NCBI GenBank assembly: GCA_964464595.1
Contig: CAYXGW010000002.1
Location: forward strand, 69,408 to 133,407
Length of the DNA: 64,000 nt
Source: an uncultured Deferribacteres bacterium
Lineage (GTDB): Bacteria > Zhuqueibacterota > JdFR-76 > DREG01
Direction: 5' to 3'
In this document: piece by piece, positions 39,283 to 50,324 of the stretch
Position numbering within the stretch: the first letter of the stretch is position 1
How the letters are laid out: every line of letters starts with the position of its first letter
Made by a program: the position numbers and the translations under genes
The notes under the pieces: generated by a model
The model's input: the letters and a program-made list of their open reading frames with translations, nothing else
Told to the model about the DNA's origin: nothing
Databases searched by the model: none

Positions 39283-40377
39283 TTAAATCCCGGCTAATTG
39301 ATGAATCTTTCGCACCACATTCTCAGGATTATGGTTCTCTTTCACCCACTCCCGGCTTCGAATACCTACTCTTTCCCGTAAACAGTGATCCTCAATAAAT
39401 GGCTTTAAGTTTTTTTCTATGGATTGACTATTAATTTCTATAAACGGGTGATCCTTATTTTTTTCATTGAATCCTTTTGCCAGCGAACTTGCTGCAGGTA
39501 TTCCCATTGCCATGGCCTCTAGAGAATTGATGCCATAGCCAAGATCGCCAATTTGATCGACGAAAATATCGCATGTGGCTTTTAGTTCTATTGCTCTTTC
39601 ATATGGAAGATTCTCAATCAGAACAATTTCTATACAAGAGGCATTTTTAAGGTGGTTTAAAGCAGCTAGTATTTCATCACTCCCCTTTGCTTCCCGGTTC
39701 GTAGGTGCATGTCCAATTCGAACTGTCTCACCAGGTTCCTTTTTAACAAGCTCAAATCGATCAAGGTTAAAAGGGAAAAAAACATGGTGAATATTCGGGT
39801 GAAAATAAATATGATCGAACTCTACTGTCACATTCAAGTCAGATATTGCATCGATTTCCGGGATAACTCCTCTTACCCGTAAATCACTGCCGGTATAACA
39901 ACAAATAATTGTCTTCCCATTTTCTTTTAAGTTTTTGATGGTCCTGGCATCCCGATAGAATTCCAATCCCCCATCCAATTGAACAACATCAAAACTAAAG
40001 AGATACAAATCTGACGATATTCTGTTGATTTTCTTTTGCCAGATTTTTTCTCTGATTTGAATCAATGTCTTTTCAAAAACTCCATTAGGAGTCCAATATT
40101 TTGGAATATGTTTGGGGATTTTATGGATATTTTGAATCCTCATTACAGATGGATGAGATACCAAGCGCTTTAAAACGCCAATCCCGGGAGTAGTCATAAA
40201 AGGTAAATTCAAACAAATACCCTTGTTGGATGCAAAACTGCTTTTACCCAGTGTTACCAGTTGACTGTCAAAACCCATTTTTCTCTCTGCATCAACAAAT
40301 GCAGACGGGACACCGGCAGTATTAAAAGGAGCTATGTGGAGTATTTTCTTCAGGCTCATTTTGGATTGAACGCTCAT
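39283..40377 (-). CDS. Putative GT-B glycosyltransferase
   Basis: IGHAPTNREAKGSDEI, CDIFVDQIGDLGYGINSLEAMAMGIP. Confidence 0.75.
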   Translation of the reverse strand: MSVQSKMSLKKILHIAPFNTAGVPSAFVDAERKMGFDSQLVTLGKSSFASNKGICLNLPFMTTPGIGVLKRLVSHPSVMRIQNIHKIPKHIPKYWTPNGVFEKTLIQIREKIWQKKINRISSDLYLFSFDVVQLDGGLEFYRDARTIKNLKENGKTIICCYTGSDLRVRGVIPEIDAISDLNVTVEFDHIYFHPNIHHVFFPFNLDRFELVKKEPGETVRIGHAPTNREAKGSDEILAALNHLKNASCIEIVLIENLPYERAIELKATCDIFVDQIGDLGYGINSLEAMAMGIPAASSLAKGFNEKNKDHPFIEINSQSIEKNLKPFIEDHCLRERVGIRSREWVKENHNPENVVRKIHQLAGI

Positions 40378-40511
40378 TCACATCTGATTTCTTTATTGTG
40401 ATCCGTTCAGAATTACGAGCTTATTAATTAGAATTTATTTCTTTTTGATCTGTATCAGATTTTTTCATAGTGAAATCTAAGAAAAGGCTTCTTATTCTTG
40501 CAGATTTTATT

Positions 40512-41465
40512 TTACATTTTACACACAAAAGTATCTCTAAAAATTCCCATTGAACCAAAATTTTCCTTGAATCGAGCCAGACCGTGGTTCGGTTCCATAT
40601 TCACAGTGAATATTCCAAAATCGAGGTAACGGTAACCTTTCTCGATTGAAAGCCTATAAATTTCAAAAAAAAGTAAATTAACTGCTCGAAATTCTTGAAA
40701 AGTCTCGTTATGTGAAATGTAAAATGCCAGAGTAACAAGTTCATTGCAATGAAACATTATAACACCGGCAATCATTTCTTCATTTAAATAAGCCCCGTAT
40801 AATTTGATTTGTTGTGGGAAAAGTTTAATAAGAGTTTTGAGTTCCGCCAATGTATGAGTGGGTTGAACATTATGTCTCAATTTTAAATTCTTCTTCAGTA
40901 TTGCGTAAAACTTGTCAAGATCATTTGATTCTTTGAATTCCACACCCAATTTTTGGGATTTACGTACGGCAGTCCTGGCCTCGCTTTTAAAATGGAATAG
41001 TATTTCATCTTGTTCAAAATTAAGAGTAATAAAACTGGATATCTCTCTTTTTTTATAAGCAAACCGATTTGATATTAATGCAAAATCGATATAATGATTT
41101 ATTTTTTCAGAATAAAATATAGGCGGGTTGGTTAGTTCAATTTTTTTGAAACCGGTAGATTTAGCATATTCCAATAAGCATTCGACAAATTGAAGAGACA
41201 TTTTAAAAGTTATTGTTTTTGAAATAACAAGACCGCCGAATGAAGCTCCCGGATGGGATATCAATTTATCATCAACAACCGCGGCTGGCATTACCCCTAT
41301 GATTTTTTTATCTTTCCGGAAAATTAATGAGTGGTCCCGGAATCTTGTTGCCGGATGATAATTTAGAAACTTCCGGGTATGAAATATAGTGCCATTATTG
41401 GCAGACCACACAAATTCATCCCAACGAGCCTGCCAATTGGAAGAACACAAGCTAATTTTAAGCAT
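40512..41465 (-). CDS. GNAT/FemAB-like acyltransferase
   Basis: WDEFV...NGTIFHTRKFLNYH, SHPGASFGG, YLDFGI...GLARFKENFG. Confidence 0.75.
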   Translation of the reverse strand: MLKISLCSSNWQARWDEFVWSANNGTIFHTRKFLNYHPATRFRDHSLIFRKDKKIIGVMPAAVVDDKLISHPGASFGGLVISKTITFKMSLQFVECLLEYAKSTGFKKIELTNPPIFYSEKINHYIDFALISNRFAYKKREISSFITLNFEQDEILFHFKSEARTAVRKSQKLGVEFKESNDLDKFYAILKKNLKLRHNVQPTHTLAELKTLIKLFPQQIKLYGAYLNEEMIAGVIMFHCNELVTLAFYISHNETFQEFRAVNLLFFEIYRLSIEKGYRYLDFGIFTVNMEPNHGLARFKENFGSMGIFRDTFVCKM

Positions 41466-41480
41466 TTACTTAGATTTATT

Positions 41481-42413
41481 TCAACCGGTAGCGTTCTTTA
41501 AATTCGAAAATAATTTTACCAAAATAGCTTTTTGAACATGCATACGATTTTCTGCCTGGTCAAAAACAACAGATTTTGGACCGTCTATGACACTGTCTGA
41601 TATTTCGTCGCCACGATGAGCCGGCAAACAATGCAGCACAATACAATCATCTACGGCATGAGACACTAATGCATCATCTACCTGGAAATTATTAAAGTCT
41701 AACTTTCGTCTTTCGGTTTCTCTTTCCTGGCCCATACTCGCCCAAACATCAGTGTAAATTACATCAGCATTATTTGCTGCCATTTTTGGATTTCTAAATA
41801 TTTGAATCTGGCTTAGATTCGCTTTTTTTGCAAAGGATAGAATTTCTTTATCAGGATCATAACCCTCGGGAATTCCCAGGTTCAAACGCATCGGAATTCT
41901 CGCTGCAAGGTTCAACCAGGAATTGCAAACATTATTGCCATCGCCAATGTAAGCAATCGTCAGATTCTCAATTCTGCTCTTTTTCTCCAGAATTGTAAAG
42001 GCGTCTGCCATTATCTGGCATGGATGCAATAAATCAGTTAAACCATTGATTACCGGAATGGTTGAATATTCCGCCAGCTCAAGAATATCTTCATGGCCAA
42101 ACAACCGCGCCATAATTACATCGTTGTAGCGAGAAATCACTTTCGCAATATCGCTTACTGATTCTCTTTTGCCAATTTGAACGTCATTTGGCCCCAAATA
42201 AAGCGCATACCCACCTAACTGGTGCATCCCCACTTCAAATGAAATTCTTGTTCTCGCAGATGGCTTCTGAAAAATCATTGCCATGGTTTTCCCCTTAAGC
42301 GGTTGATATGACTCACCGCTTTTTTGCTTTTGTTTAATCTCTTTAGATAACTCTAATATTTCATGGATTTCATCATCAGTTAAATCCGTTATCGATAGAA
42401 AATCCTTCCGCAC
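41481..42413 (-). CDS. argF: Ornithine carbamoyltransferase
   Basis: FQKPSARTR, NGLTDLLHPCQ, YTDVWASMGQE, LHCLPAHRG. Confidence 0.92.
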   Translation of the reverse strand: MRKDFLSITDLTDDEIHEILELSKEIKQKQKSGESYQPLKGKTMAMIFQKPSARTRISFEVGMHQLGGYALYLGPNDVQIGKRESVSDIAKVISRYNDVIMARLFGHEDILELAEYSTIPVINGLTDLLHPCQIMADAFTILEKKSRIENLTIAYIGDGNNVCNSWLNLAARIPMRLNLGIPEGYDPDKEILSFAKKANLSQIQIFRNPKMAANNADVIYTDVWASMGQERETERRKLDFNNFQVDDALVSHAVDDCIVLHCLPAHRGDEISDSVIDGPKSVVFDQAENRMHVQKAILVKLFSNLKNATG

Positions 42414-42455
42414 GTCAATCCTCCAATATCAAAATATTAATTCAAGCTTCACGAT

Positions 42456-43823
42456 TTATAAAATGTAGCGGCTTAAGTCATAATCTTTCACAATACTGTC
42501 TAATGTATCGCGAACGATTTCAGCGGTAATCTCAATTTTGTCTGGTTTTTCATCCGGGATATTAAATAAAGCATCCTCCAATAAAGTTGTCATAATTGTA
42601 TGCAACCTTCTTGCACCGATGTTTTCTGTTTTTTCATTTACATCCGTCGAATATTTTGCAATTTCTTTAATGCCATCCTTTTTAAAGACCAGTTTCACAC
42701 CTTCCGTTGCTAATAAAGCAGAGTATTGTTTTGTAAGTGCATTTTCAGGTTCTGTTAATATTCTTACAAAATCTTCGTTTGTAAGGCTTTGAAGTTCAAC
42801 ACGAATTGGGAATCTTCCCTGCATTTCAGGAATTAAATCAGAGGGTTTGGAAACGTGGAATGCGCCTGACGCAATAAACAGGATATGATCCGTTTTAACC
42901 ACCCCGTATTTTGTAACAACATTGGTTCCTTCAACTACCGGAAGCAAGTCTCTTTGGACACCTTCACGGGAAACATCCGGTCCGGATTTAGAATGCTCGC
43001 CGGCAATCTTGTCAATTTCATCCAAAAAAACGATTCCCGAATTTTCAGCGTTATTTATTGCTTCACGAACAACTTCATCCATATCGATAAGTTTATGAGC
43101 CTCTTCTTGTTCGATCACTTTTCTCGCTTCTTCTATTGACATCTGTCTTTTCTTATGCTTTTTAGGCATTAAACCGCCAAAAATTTCTTGGAGATTGATC
43201 CCCATATCTTCAACACCCATCGGTGAAATTACCTGCATCATTGGAAAGCTATCGTTCGGCACATCAGTTTCTACTTTACGGGATTCGAATTTACCTTTTC
43301 GCAGCAATTGTCGAATTTTTTCACGGGTTTCTTTATAAGTACTTTCATTTTCTGCTGAAATTGATGCTGCAATTGTTTCTGATGAAGTAGATTCTCGTTT
43401 TTTACTCGGCGGTAGAAGTAAATCCAATAATTTTTCTTCTGCTAATTCTTTTGCTTTTTCTTGGACTGCTTCGGTCATTTTTTGCTTGACCATATTCACA
43501 GAAATGTCAACAAGATCTCTAATGATCGAATCTACATCACGTCCCACGTATCCCACTTCCGTAAATTTTGATGCTTCGACTTTGATAAACGGTGCGTCCG
43601 ACAGCTTTGCCAGGCGGCGGGCAATCTCAGTCTTACCAACTCCGGTCGGTCCAATCATAATGATATTATTGGGCATAATTTCTTCACGTAAATCCTCAGG
43701 CACTTGTAGCCTTCGCCACCTATTACGTAATGCAATTGCGACTGACTTCTTTGCTTTATCTTGCCCAATAATATATTTATCCAGGACAGCTACAATTTGT
43801 TTTGGAGTGAGTTCTTGCATCAA
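42456..43823 (-). CDS. hslU: ATP-dependent protease ATPase subunit HslU
   Basis: [42 protein letters not shown]. Confidence 0.97.
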   Translation of the reverse strand: MMQELTPKQIVAVLDKYIIGQDKAKKSVAIALRNRWRRLQVPEDLREEIMPNNIIMIGPTGVGKTEIARRLAKLSDAPFIKVEASKFTEVGYVGRDVDSIIRDLVDISVNMVKQKMTEAVQEKAKELAEEKLLDLLLPPSKKRESTSSETIAASISAENESTYKETREKIRQLLRKGKFESRKVETDVPNDSFPMMQVISPMGVEDMGINLQEIFGGLMPKKHKKRQMSIEEARKVIEQEEAHKLIDMDEVVREAINNAENSGIVFLDEIDKIAGEHSKSGPDVSREGVQRDLLPVVEGTNVVTKYGVVKTDHILFIASGAFHVSKPSDLIPEMQGRFPIRVELQSLTNEDFVRILTEPENALTKQYSALLATEGVKLVFKKDGIKEIAKYSTDVNEKTENIGARRLHTIMTTLLEDALFNIPDEKPDKIEITAEIVRDTLDSIVKDYDLSRYIL

Positions 43824-43831
43824 TTCCTCTA

Positions 43832-44386
43832 TTACAGGGTTTCAATAGTCAAATGATCGTTTGTATAAACACAAATTGAAGCTGCTATTTTTAATGATTC
43901 TTCGACAATATCTTTTGCATCTAATTTCGTATGCTTCATCAAAGCTCTCGCAGCGGCTAATGCGTATGAACCGCCTGAACCAATGGCTACGATATTATCA
44001 TCAGGTTCAATAATATCACCCGTACCTGAAACAATCAAAGCATGTTCTTCATTTAGTATTGCCAATAAGGCTTCCAACCTCCGCAGGTAGCGATCGGATC
44101 TCCATTCTTTTGCCAGTTCCACTGCTGCTCGATTTAAGTTTCCTCTATATTGCTCCAGCTTAGCCTCAAATTTTTCAAAAAGAGTGAACGCGTCTGCAGC
44201 CGATCCTGCGAATCCGGCTAATATGGTATCTTTATAAACTCTGCGAATCTTTATGGCTTTACCTTTCATTACCGTCTGATTCAGGGTAACCTGGCCATCT
44301 CCGCCTATTGCGACCTGTCCATCTTTTCGGACACCCAGAATAGTGGTAGAGCGAAATTTAAGTGAATTGCTTTGCATCAATTTCAT
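43832..44386 (-). CDS. hslV: ATP-dependent protease subunit HslV
   Basis: TTILGVRK...[20 protein letters not shown]. Confidence 0.97.
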   Translation of the reverse strand: MKLMQSNSLKFRSTTILGVRKDGQVAIGGDGQVTLNQTVMKGKAIKIRRVYKDTILAGFAGSAADAFTLFEKFEAKLEQYRGNLNRAAVELAKEWRSDRYLRRLEALLAILNEEHALIVSGTGDIIEPDDNIVAIGSGGSYALAAARALMKHTKLDAKDIVEESLKIAASICVYTNDHLTIETL

Positions 44387-45318
44387 CTTATGTTTTTCAG
44401 ATATTTTAAAAATTCACTGTCTGTACTCAAGATCAAAGTAGTATTGGTATTCATAGTTGTCCGGTAAGATTCCAAAGTTTGCAAAAATGCATAGAAATCT
44501 GGGTCTTTGTTAAAGGCTTCCGCATAGATTTTTGTTGCTTCGGCATCTGCTCTGCCTATAATTTCCTGCGCTGTTCTATAGGCACCTGAAGTAATAATCT
44601 GGAATTCCTTTTCTCTTTCACCATCTATTTCCGCTTTTCTACCACCTCCCTCAGAGCGATATTTTTGTGCAATTCGCTTACGTTCGGAAATCATTCTTTC
44701 ATAAACCTTTTGCCGGACATCCTCACGGTAATTGATTCTTTTAATCTTAATATCTAATAATTCAATTCCATATTGCGGCATAATTACCGCTGCATTTTTT
44801 AAGATTAACTTGGTGATCGCTTCACGGCCTTTTGCAATTTGCTGGACAGCGGTCTCCAGTCCAAAACTTTCCTGTTCCTCAATAGTGGTCTCTAATTCTC
44901 TATTAGAGTTTCGGACGACTTCGATCAACAAATTCTCAGAAATGAAATTTCGCGTAGCGCTTTCAATGATATCATCTAACCTGCTATGAGCGTTTCTTTC
45001 ATTATTTACCGATTGATAAAATTGAAGGGGATCAACGATACGCCATCGGGCAAAAGTATCCACCCAAATATAACGTTTATCTTGGGTTGGAACTTCATTG
45101 GCATCGCCATCCCATTCAAGAATTCGTTTGTCAAATGATCTGACATCTTGAATAAATGGCAATTTAAAATACAAGCCGGCACTTGTAATGGTTTTTTTCA
45201 CCTTGCCAAATTGTAATACGATCACTTGTTCGGTTTCATCAACTGTATATGCTGATGAAAGTAGTAAAATCAATCCTAAAAATCCTGCTACCAAACCTAG
45301 AATTCTTGATTTTTTCAT
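44383..45318 (-). CDS. hflC: Protease modulator HflC
   Basis: SPFH domain; [27 protein letters not shown]. Confidence 0.9.
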   Translation of the reverse strand: MKKSRILGLVAGFLGLILLLSSAYTVDETEQVIVLQFGKVKKTITSAGLYFKLPFIQDVRSFDKRILEWDGDANEVPTQDKRYIWVDTFARWRIVDPLQFYQSVNNERNAHSRLDDIIESATRNFISENLLIEVVRNSNRELETTIEEQESFGLETAVQQIAKGREAITKLILKNAAVIMPQYGIELLDIKIKRINYREDVRQKVYERMISERKRIAQKYRSEGGGRKAEIDGEREKEFQIITSGAYRTAQEIIGRADAEATKIYAEAFNKDPDFYAFLQTLESYRTTMNTNTTLILSTDSEFLKYLKNIR

Positions 45319-46301
45319 TGCACTGCCTCCTTTTTCATAAGTTGAAGAAGAGGAATCACCCCCTGTTGTTTTTCATCGATAATATAGATGTTTTCCATAT
45401 TCGGAAGAATGTCCAGCATGGTCTCGAGATATAACCTTCTTCTTGTAACTTCTTTTGCTTTTCTATACTCATTCCAGACTGCCAAAAACTTTTCAGCATC
45501 ACCCAAAGCACGATTGGTGCGATTGGTATGATAGCCTTCTGCCTGGGTGATGGTTTGCGCCGCTTCACCTTTAGCTTGTGGAATAACCCTGTTGTAGCCT
45601 TCCAGGGCTTCATTAATAATTCGCTCTTTTTCCTGCCTCGCTTCATTAACTTCATTAAAGGCTGATTGAACCGGTATTGGCGGATTTACATCTTGCAATT
45701 TAATGGTTTGGATTTCCAGGCCCGTGTCAAATTCATCCAATAATTTTTGGGTGATAGAATCCGCTAAAGCTTCTATTCTTTGTCGACTTAATACGATCAC
45801 CTCATCCACACTATGATCTCCAACTACCATTCTCATTACAGATTCGGAAATATCCCGCATGGTTTCGACTACATTTCTCACATTAAATAAATATTTAACC
45901 GGATCTTTAATCCGGTATTGGACAATCCACTCAACCAAAGCTGAATTTAAATCCCCCGTTAACATGAGTGATACTTCTTCAAAACTTCGGGAATCAAATT
46001 GTGATCGCACACCGGCTTGAACCGTACGAAACCCAAACTCTTCTTTATACACTCGTTGGACTTTAACTTTTTTTACAGTTTCAAATCCAAAGGGTATTTT
46101 GAAATGAAGACCAGGTTCTCCGGTTCTTTGGTATTTTCCAAACCGTTGAATCACACCGACTTCATCTGCGTCCACGGTATAAATCATTGAAAATAAAAAC
46201 CAAATCGCTAAAATCCCGCCAACAATTCCAAAAATAATAAATTTTGGAATTTCAGGAACTTCAATTTCAGTATCTCCTACAACAATTCTTTTTCTTGCCA
46301 T
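45315..46301 (-). CDS. hflK: Protease modulator HflK
   Basis: MLTGDLN, VQSAFNEVNEARQE, VTRRRLYLETM. Confidence 0.9.
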   Translation of the reverse strand: MARKRIVVGDTEIEVPEIPKFIIFGIVGGILAIWFLFSMIYTVDADEVGVIQRFGKYQRTGEPGLHFKIPFGFETVKKVKVQRVYKEEFGFRTVQAGVRSQFDSRSFEEVSLMLTGDLNSALVEWIVQYRIKDPVKYLFNVRNVVETMRDISESVMRMVVGDHSVDEVIVLSRQRIEALADSITQKLLDEFDTGLEIQTIKLQDVNPPIPVQSAFNEVNEARQEKERIINEALEGYNRVIPQAKGEAAQTITQAEGYHTNRTNRALGDAEKFLAVWNEYRKAKEVTRRRLYLETMLDILPNMENIYIIDEKQQGVIPLLQLMKKEAVQ

Positions 46302-46330
46302 TTAGCATACCTCCCAACTGATTGTTTTTT

Positions 46331-47755
46331 TTATAGTTGCCGTCTCAATCTTGCAACCGGAATTTTCATCTGTTCACGATATTTAGCCACTGTTCTACGG
46401 GCAAGAGGATAGCCCTTTTCCGCAAGAAGTTTTACAAGAGTTTGATCGTTCAGGGGTTTATGTGGATCTTCATTATCAATGATATTTTTAATCAAATCTT
46501 TAAACTTTCTGTTTGAAACCTCTTCACCCGAACTGGTGGTCATCTTTTCACTAAAGAAATATTTTATCTCAAAAACCCCAAAGTCGGTTTGAACATATTT
46601 GCCATTAGACACCCGGCTAATAGTTGATATATCCATATTCACTTCTTCGGCTATATCCTTTAATATCATCGGTTTAAGTTGACCAGGACCCTTGTCGAAA
46701 AATTTATGCTGCCTTTCGACAATTTCTGTCATCACCCTAAAAATAGTCGCCCGGCGTTGATGAATGGAATTGATCAGCCATCGGGCATTTTCTAATCTTT
46801 TTCGAATAAAATTCTTAACATCCGAAGATACTTTTTTCTTATCGGAAAGCATTTGCCTATATCCCCTATTGATGCGTAGATTAGGAATATTTGATTCATT
46901 CAAGGAAACTACAAATTCATCATCAACTCTTTCAACAATTACATCCGGGATTACATAATTCTGATCCTGGCTTATATAGCCTTCGCCTGGCTTCGGATTT
47001 AGCGTTGAAATCTCTTCCATTGCTGCCTTGATAGCGTCTAAAGAAAGCTCCATTCTCTTAGCAATTCTTTCAAAACGTTTATTCTTAAAATCTTCAAAAT
47101 GGTTTCTTATCATCTCCATTGCTTCTGCTTGGTCTTCCATTTGTTCTAACTGGATTAACAAACATTCCCGAAGATTCCTTGCAGCTATGCCGACTGGTTC
47201 GAACGTTTGAATAAGTCGAAGAACCTTTTCTACTTCCTCTTTTGTGATTTCCAGATTTAAAGCAATCTCTTCCAATTCAATTTTAAGGTAGCCATCTTCA
47301 TTAATATTCCAGATGATATTTTCACCGATCATAATTTCTTTTTCCGGAATGTCCATGATCTCATGAAGTTGTTCAAGAAGATGTTCGGACAAAGTCGTTT
47401 TGCTGACATTAGGACGTTCATAATCTTCAATATTCGGATCTTTGGGAATCCTGAATTCATACTCGTCTTCTCCCGCTATTAAATCCCAATCGATCTCATC
47501 TTCTTTTTCACCATCAGCAGAATCAGTATCCTCTTCTTTATTCTCTGAATCTTCCGGAACTTCTTGCTCCAAAGAAGAATCTTCATCCATTTCCACATCC
47601 TCATCAAGGACTTCTTCCAAAAGAGGATTTTCCTGCAATTCAATTTTAATGCGCTGCTCCAATCTTATAAGCGGTAATTGCAGTAATGTTGAAAGTAATA
47701 CCTGTTGAGGTGATTGGGTTTGATGCAAACCCATTGATAGTTTTTGACTTAACAT
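46331..47755 (-). CDS. rpoN: RNA polymerase sigma-54 factor
   Basis: ENPLLE, PVGIAARNLRECL, STISRV, RpoN box ARRTVAKYRE. Confidence 0.97.
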   Translation of the reverse strand: MLSQKLSMGLHQTQSPQQVLLSTLLQLPLIRLEQRIKIELQENPLLEEVLDEDVEMDEDSSLEQEVPEDSENKEEDTDSADGEKEDEIDWDLIAGEDEYEFRIPKDPNIEDYERPNVSKTTLSEHLLEQLHEIMDIPEKEIMIGENIIWNINEDGYLKIELEEIALNLEITKEEVEKVLRLIQTFEPVGIAARNLRECLLIQLEQMEDQAEAMEMIRNHFEDFKNKRFERIAKRMELSLDAIKAAMEEISTLNPKPGEGYISQDQNYVIPDVIVERVDDEFVVSLNESNIPNLRINRGYRQMLSDKKKVSSDVKNFIRKRLENARWLINSIHQRRATIFRVMTEIVERQHKFFDKGPGQLKPMILKDIAEEVNMDISTISRVSNGKYVQTDFGVFEIKYFFSEKMTTSSGEEVSNRKFKDLIKNIIDNEDPHKPLNDQTLVKLLAEKGYPLARRTVAKYREQMKIPVARLRRQL

Positions 47756-47796
47756 CCTAAAACCAACCCAAATTTATATGAGAATTTCAATTTTTC

Positions 47797-48540
47797 CTAT
47801 CTATTTAACTTAAATTTATCACCTAAATAGAGCATTTTTGTTTCAGAATCGTTGGCAAGGAATTCAGAGGTTCCTGATTTTAATACACTACCATCATAAA
47901 GTAGATATGCTCTATCGGTAATTTCCAATGTTTCATGGACATTATGATCAGTAACCAAAATTCCGATCCCTTTTTCTTTTAAATTCATGATGATATTTTG
48001 GATATCATCTACAGCGATGGGGTCAATCCCTGCAAAGGGCTCATCCAGTAATAGAAATTTTGGATTGAGAACAAGCGCCCGAGAGATTTCAACGCGGCGT
48101 CTTTCGCCACCGGATAAATTATATGCCTTATTTTTTCGAATATGTGTCAAACCAAATTCTTCAAGTAAATTTTGTAATCTGCCTTCCTGTTCGCGCACAG
48201 AAAGCTTTAACATTTGCAATATCGAAATAAGATTCTCTTCTACTGTTAGCTTTCTAAAAATTGATGGCTCTTGTGACAAATAGCCAATACCCAGGCGAGC
48301 CCTGCGAAACATAGGCATTTTTGTTATACGATCTTCGTTCAAGTAAATATCACCGTCATTCGGTCTTATCATTCCAACGATTATATAAAACGTTGTTGTT
48401 TTTCCAGCACCATTTGGACCTAGTAAACCGACAATCTCACCCTGGTTAACATTCATGTTAACCTCTTTTACAACCTGTCGTTTTCCATAGTATTTTACCA
48501 GGTTTTCGACTCTTAGTAAATCTCGGTTGTTTGATTTCAC
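47797..48540 (-). CDS. lptB: LPS export ABC transporter ATP-binding protein
   Basis: GPNGAGKTT, LSGGERRRVEI, LLDEPFAGIDP, LVTDHNV. Confidence 0.95.
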   Translation of the reverse strand: MKSNNRDLLRVENLVKYYGKRQVVKEVNMNVNQGEIVGLLGPNGAGKTTTFYIIVGMIRPNDGDIYLNEDRITKMPMFRRARLGIGYLSQEPSIFRKLTVEENLISILQMLKLSVREQEGRLQNLLEEFGLTHIRKNKAYNLSGGERRRVEISRALVLNPKFLLLDEPFAGIDPIAVDDIQNIIMNLKEKGIGILVTDHNVHETLEITDRAYLLYDGSVLKSGTSEFLANDSETKMLYLGDKFKLNR

Positions 48541-48560
48541 AATTTGCTGGAAAATTATTT

Positions 48561-49709
48561 TTATTGCAATGATTTGATTTTTGATTTTGGGGGATAAAAT
48601 CGCCCACGGGATACTTCCGGATCACCTAGGACAGTTACATCTTTAACTAAGCCCTTGGCAAAATTGATTGCAAGCTCATCACCCAAAATATGGTTAATAC
48701 CTTGAACTTTTCCTTCTTCGATAAGATGATAGATACTTATTGCCTGACCCTTTACTTTAATGTGCCGTACAGAATCATCTTTAATGTCAATCCAAATTTC
48801 CGCTCCTGTCAATTGATCAAAAGCTGGATTATTTTCAATTTTAAAATTAGATAGCATTTCTCCCTTTCCGTTTAAGTATATCTGCCTCAATGAATCATTC
48901 TCAAAAAACATCTCGATTTGGTCTGCTTTCATATTTTTGTTATTTTGAGTTATTCGCGGGTTTTCTTTAATGATAATCCGGCTTTCCTGTTGGTGAAATT
49001 CCGCAAGATTCGCTTGAGCAATGATTTTGCTTTGTGTAATTACAACACTATCTTCGGCAATGGCAACTTTAGTTGAATCAAAATAAGTGATGATCCGTGA
49101 TTCGATGGTGATTTCAGGTTTTCCCAAACTGTCATTTTTAACAAATTTCGGATCGACTTCCAATAATAACTTCTGCAATTTTTTATCATACGTTAATTTT
49201 TCGCAAGTAACAACAACGTCATTCTCCAGATCAACAAATTGAACATTATTATTTGCATAAACCATATCCTTAAAAGCTTCGTGTCTTATTTCATCTGCAA
49301 ATATCTTCTGTTGATTTATAACCAACTCCACATTACCTCTAGCCAATTCTCTTTTCGGATTTGAGTAAGATTCAAAATAATCTGCCAATAAAGTATAACT
49401 GCTGTCCTGATAAAATACATTACCTTTAAAAACCGCCAAATCCTGATCGTCGTAAAATAATGCACGATCACACCGAAGTTCCTGGTTTCCTTTACGAAAA
49501 TAGACATTACCGATAAGCTGAACAACTTTTTGGGAATTTAGCATTTCATATTGAAGTTTATCTGAATCCCAGTAAGTTAATCCTGATCTATCCCAATTTT
49601 TTTGTGCTTGTACATTTTGTATAAACAGCAAAATTATACCTACAGAGAGTAAAAACCGAATGAACCTATTATCCAGTCTTGACCACTTTTGGATCATTTT
49701 CATCATCAT
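48561..49709 (-). CDS. LptA/OstA-like beta-jellyroll LPS transport protein
   Basis: Signal peptide; LIGNVYF...LRCDRA repeats; lies between lptC and lptB. Confidence 0.7.
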   Translation of the reverse strand: MMMKMIQKWSRLDNRFIRFLLSVGIILLFIQNVQAQKNWDRSGLTYWDSDKLQYEMLNSQKVVQLIGNVYFRKGNQELRCDRALFYDDQDLAVFKGNVFYQDSSYTLLADYFESYSNPKRELARGNVELVINQQKIFADEIRHEAFKDMVYANNNVQFVDLENDVVVTCEKLTYDKKLQKLLLEVDPKFVKNDSLGKPEITIESRIITYFDSTKVAIAEDSVVITQSKIIAQANLAEFHQQESRIIIKENPRITQNNKNMKADQIEMFFENDSLRQIYLNGKGEMLSNFKIENNPAFDQLTGAEIWIDIKDDSVRHIKVKGQAISIYHLIEEGKVQGINHILGDELAINFAKGLVKDVTVLGDPEVSRGRFYPPKSKIKSLQ

Positions 49710-49739
49710 ATTTTTAGCAATCCTGATTACTCCGGACAG

Positions 49740-50303
49740 TTACTTTATGCCAATATCAACAGGCCTTTTCGTATGGCCTCTACTTTCTTTTATTTCCCAT
49801 TTACTGAAATCCGTTTCCGCTTCAAATCCGGTTCCGTAAATCGTATCCTGTTCAGTAACAATTGTCACAAAATCATTGGTAAATATTTTCTTTTTGATAT
49901 TGTCCCAGAACAGGCTCTCTGTAAACAATGTAACATCGGCGCTATCCGAGTGTGCGATAACATTCCCATGCGCTTCCATTAATGTTCTGTCTTCTTTTAG
50001 CTTTCCTTTTTCTCCGGTTATCCAGCTGGTTTTTTCTCCAATATTATTATAAAAGTCTATCCGAAATTTTTGATCAAACTCATATTCTTTTCTAGCATTA
50101 AACTGCGAAATATGATCAAACCACAACTGTGCATTAACCAAGCCGTTTTCCGTCGCTTCAAATGTCACATCCCAACTCTCTTGATCAGGCACTTTTATTT
50201 CTTCTTCCAACTCTTCCTGAGTAAAATTAGAATTCATACTACAACCAGCTAGCAGGTTGATAAATATGATCGGCCATAATTTGATCAGTATATCTTTTAT
50301 CAT
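49740..50303 (-). CDS. lptC: LPS export protein LptC
   Basis: Lipobox LAGC; LFTESLFWD...IFTNDFV...GTGFEA. Confidence 0.8.
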   Translation of the reverse strand: MIKDILIKLWPIIFINLLAGCSMNSNFTQEELEEEIKVPDQESWDVTFEATENGLVNAQLWFDHISQFNARKEYEFDQKFRIDFYNNIGEKTSWITGEKGKLKEDRTLMEAHGNVIAHSDSADVTLFTESLFWDNIKKKIFTNDFVTIVTEQDTIYGTGFEAETDFSKWEIKESRGHTKRPVDIGIK

Positions 50304-50324
50304 CGTTTATGAATATAAATTGTA

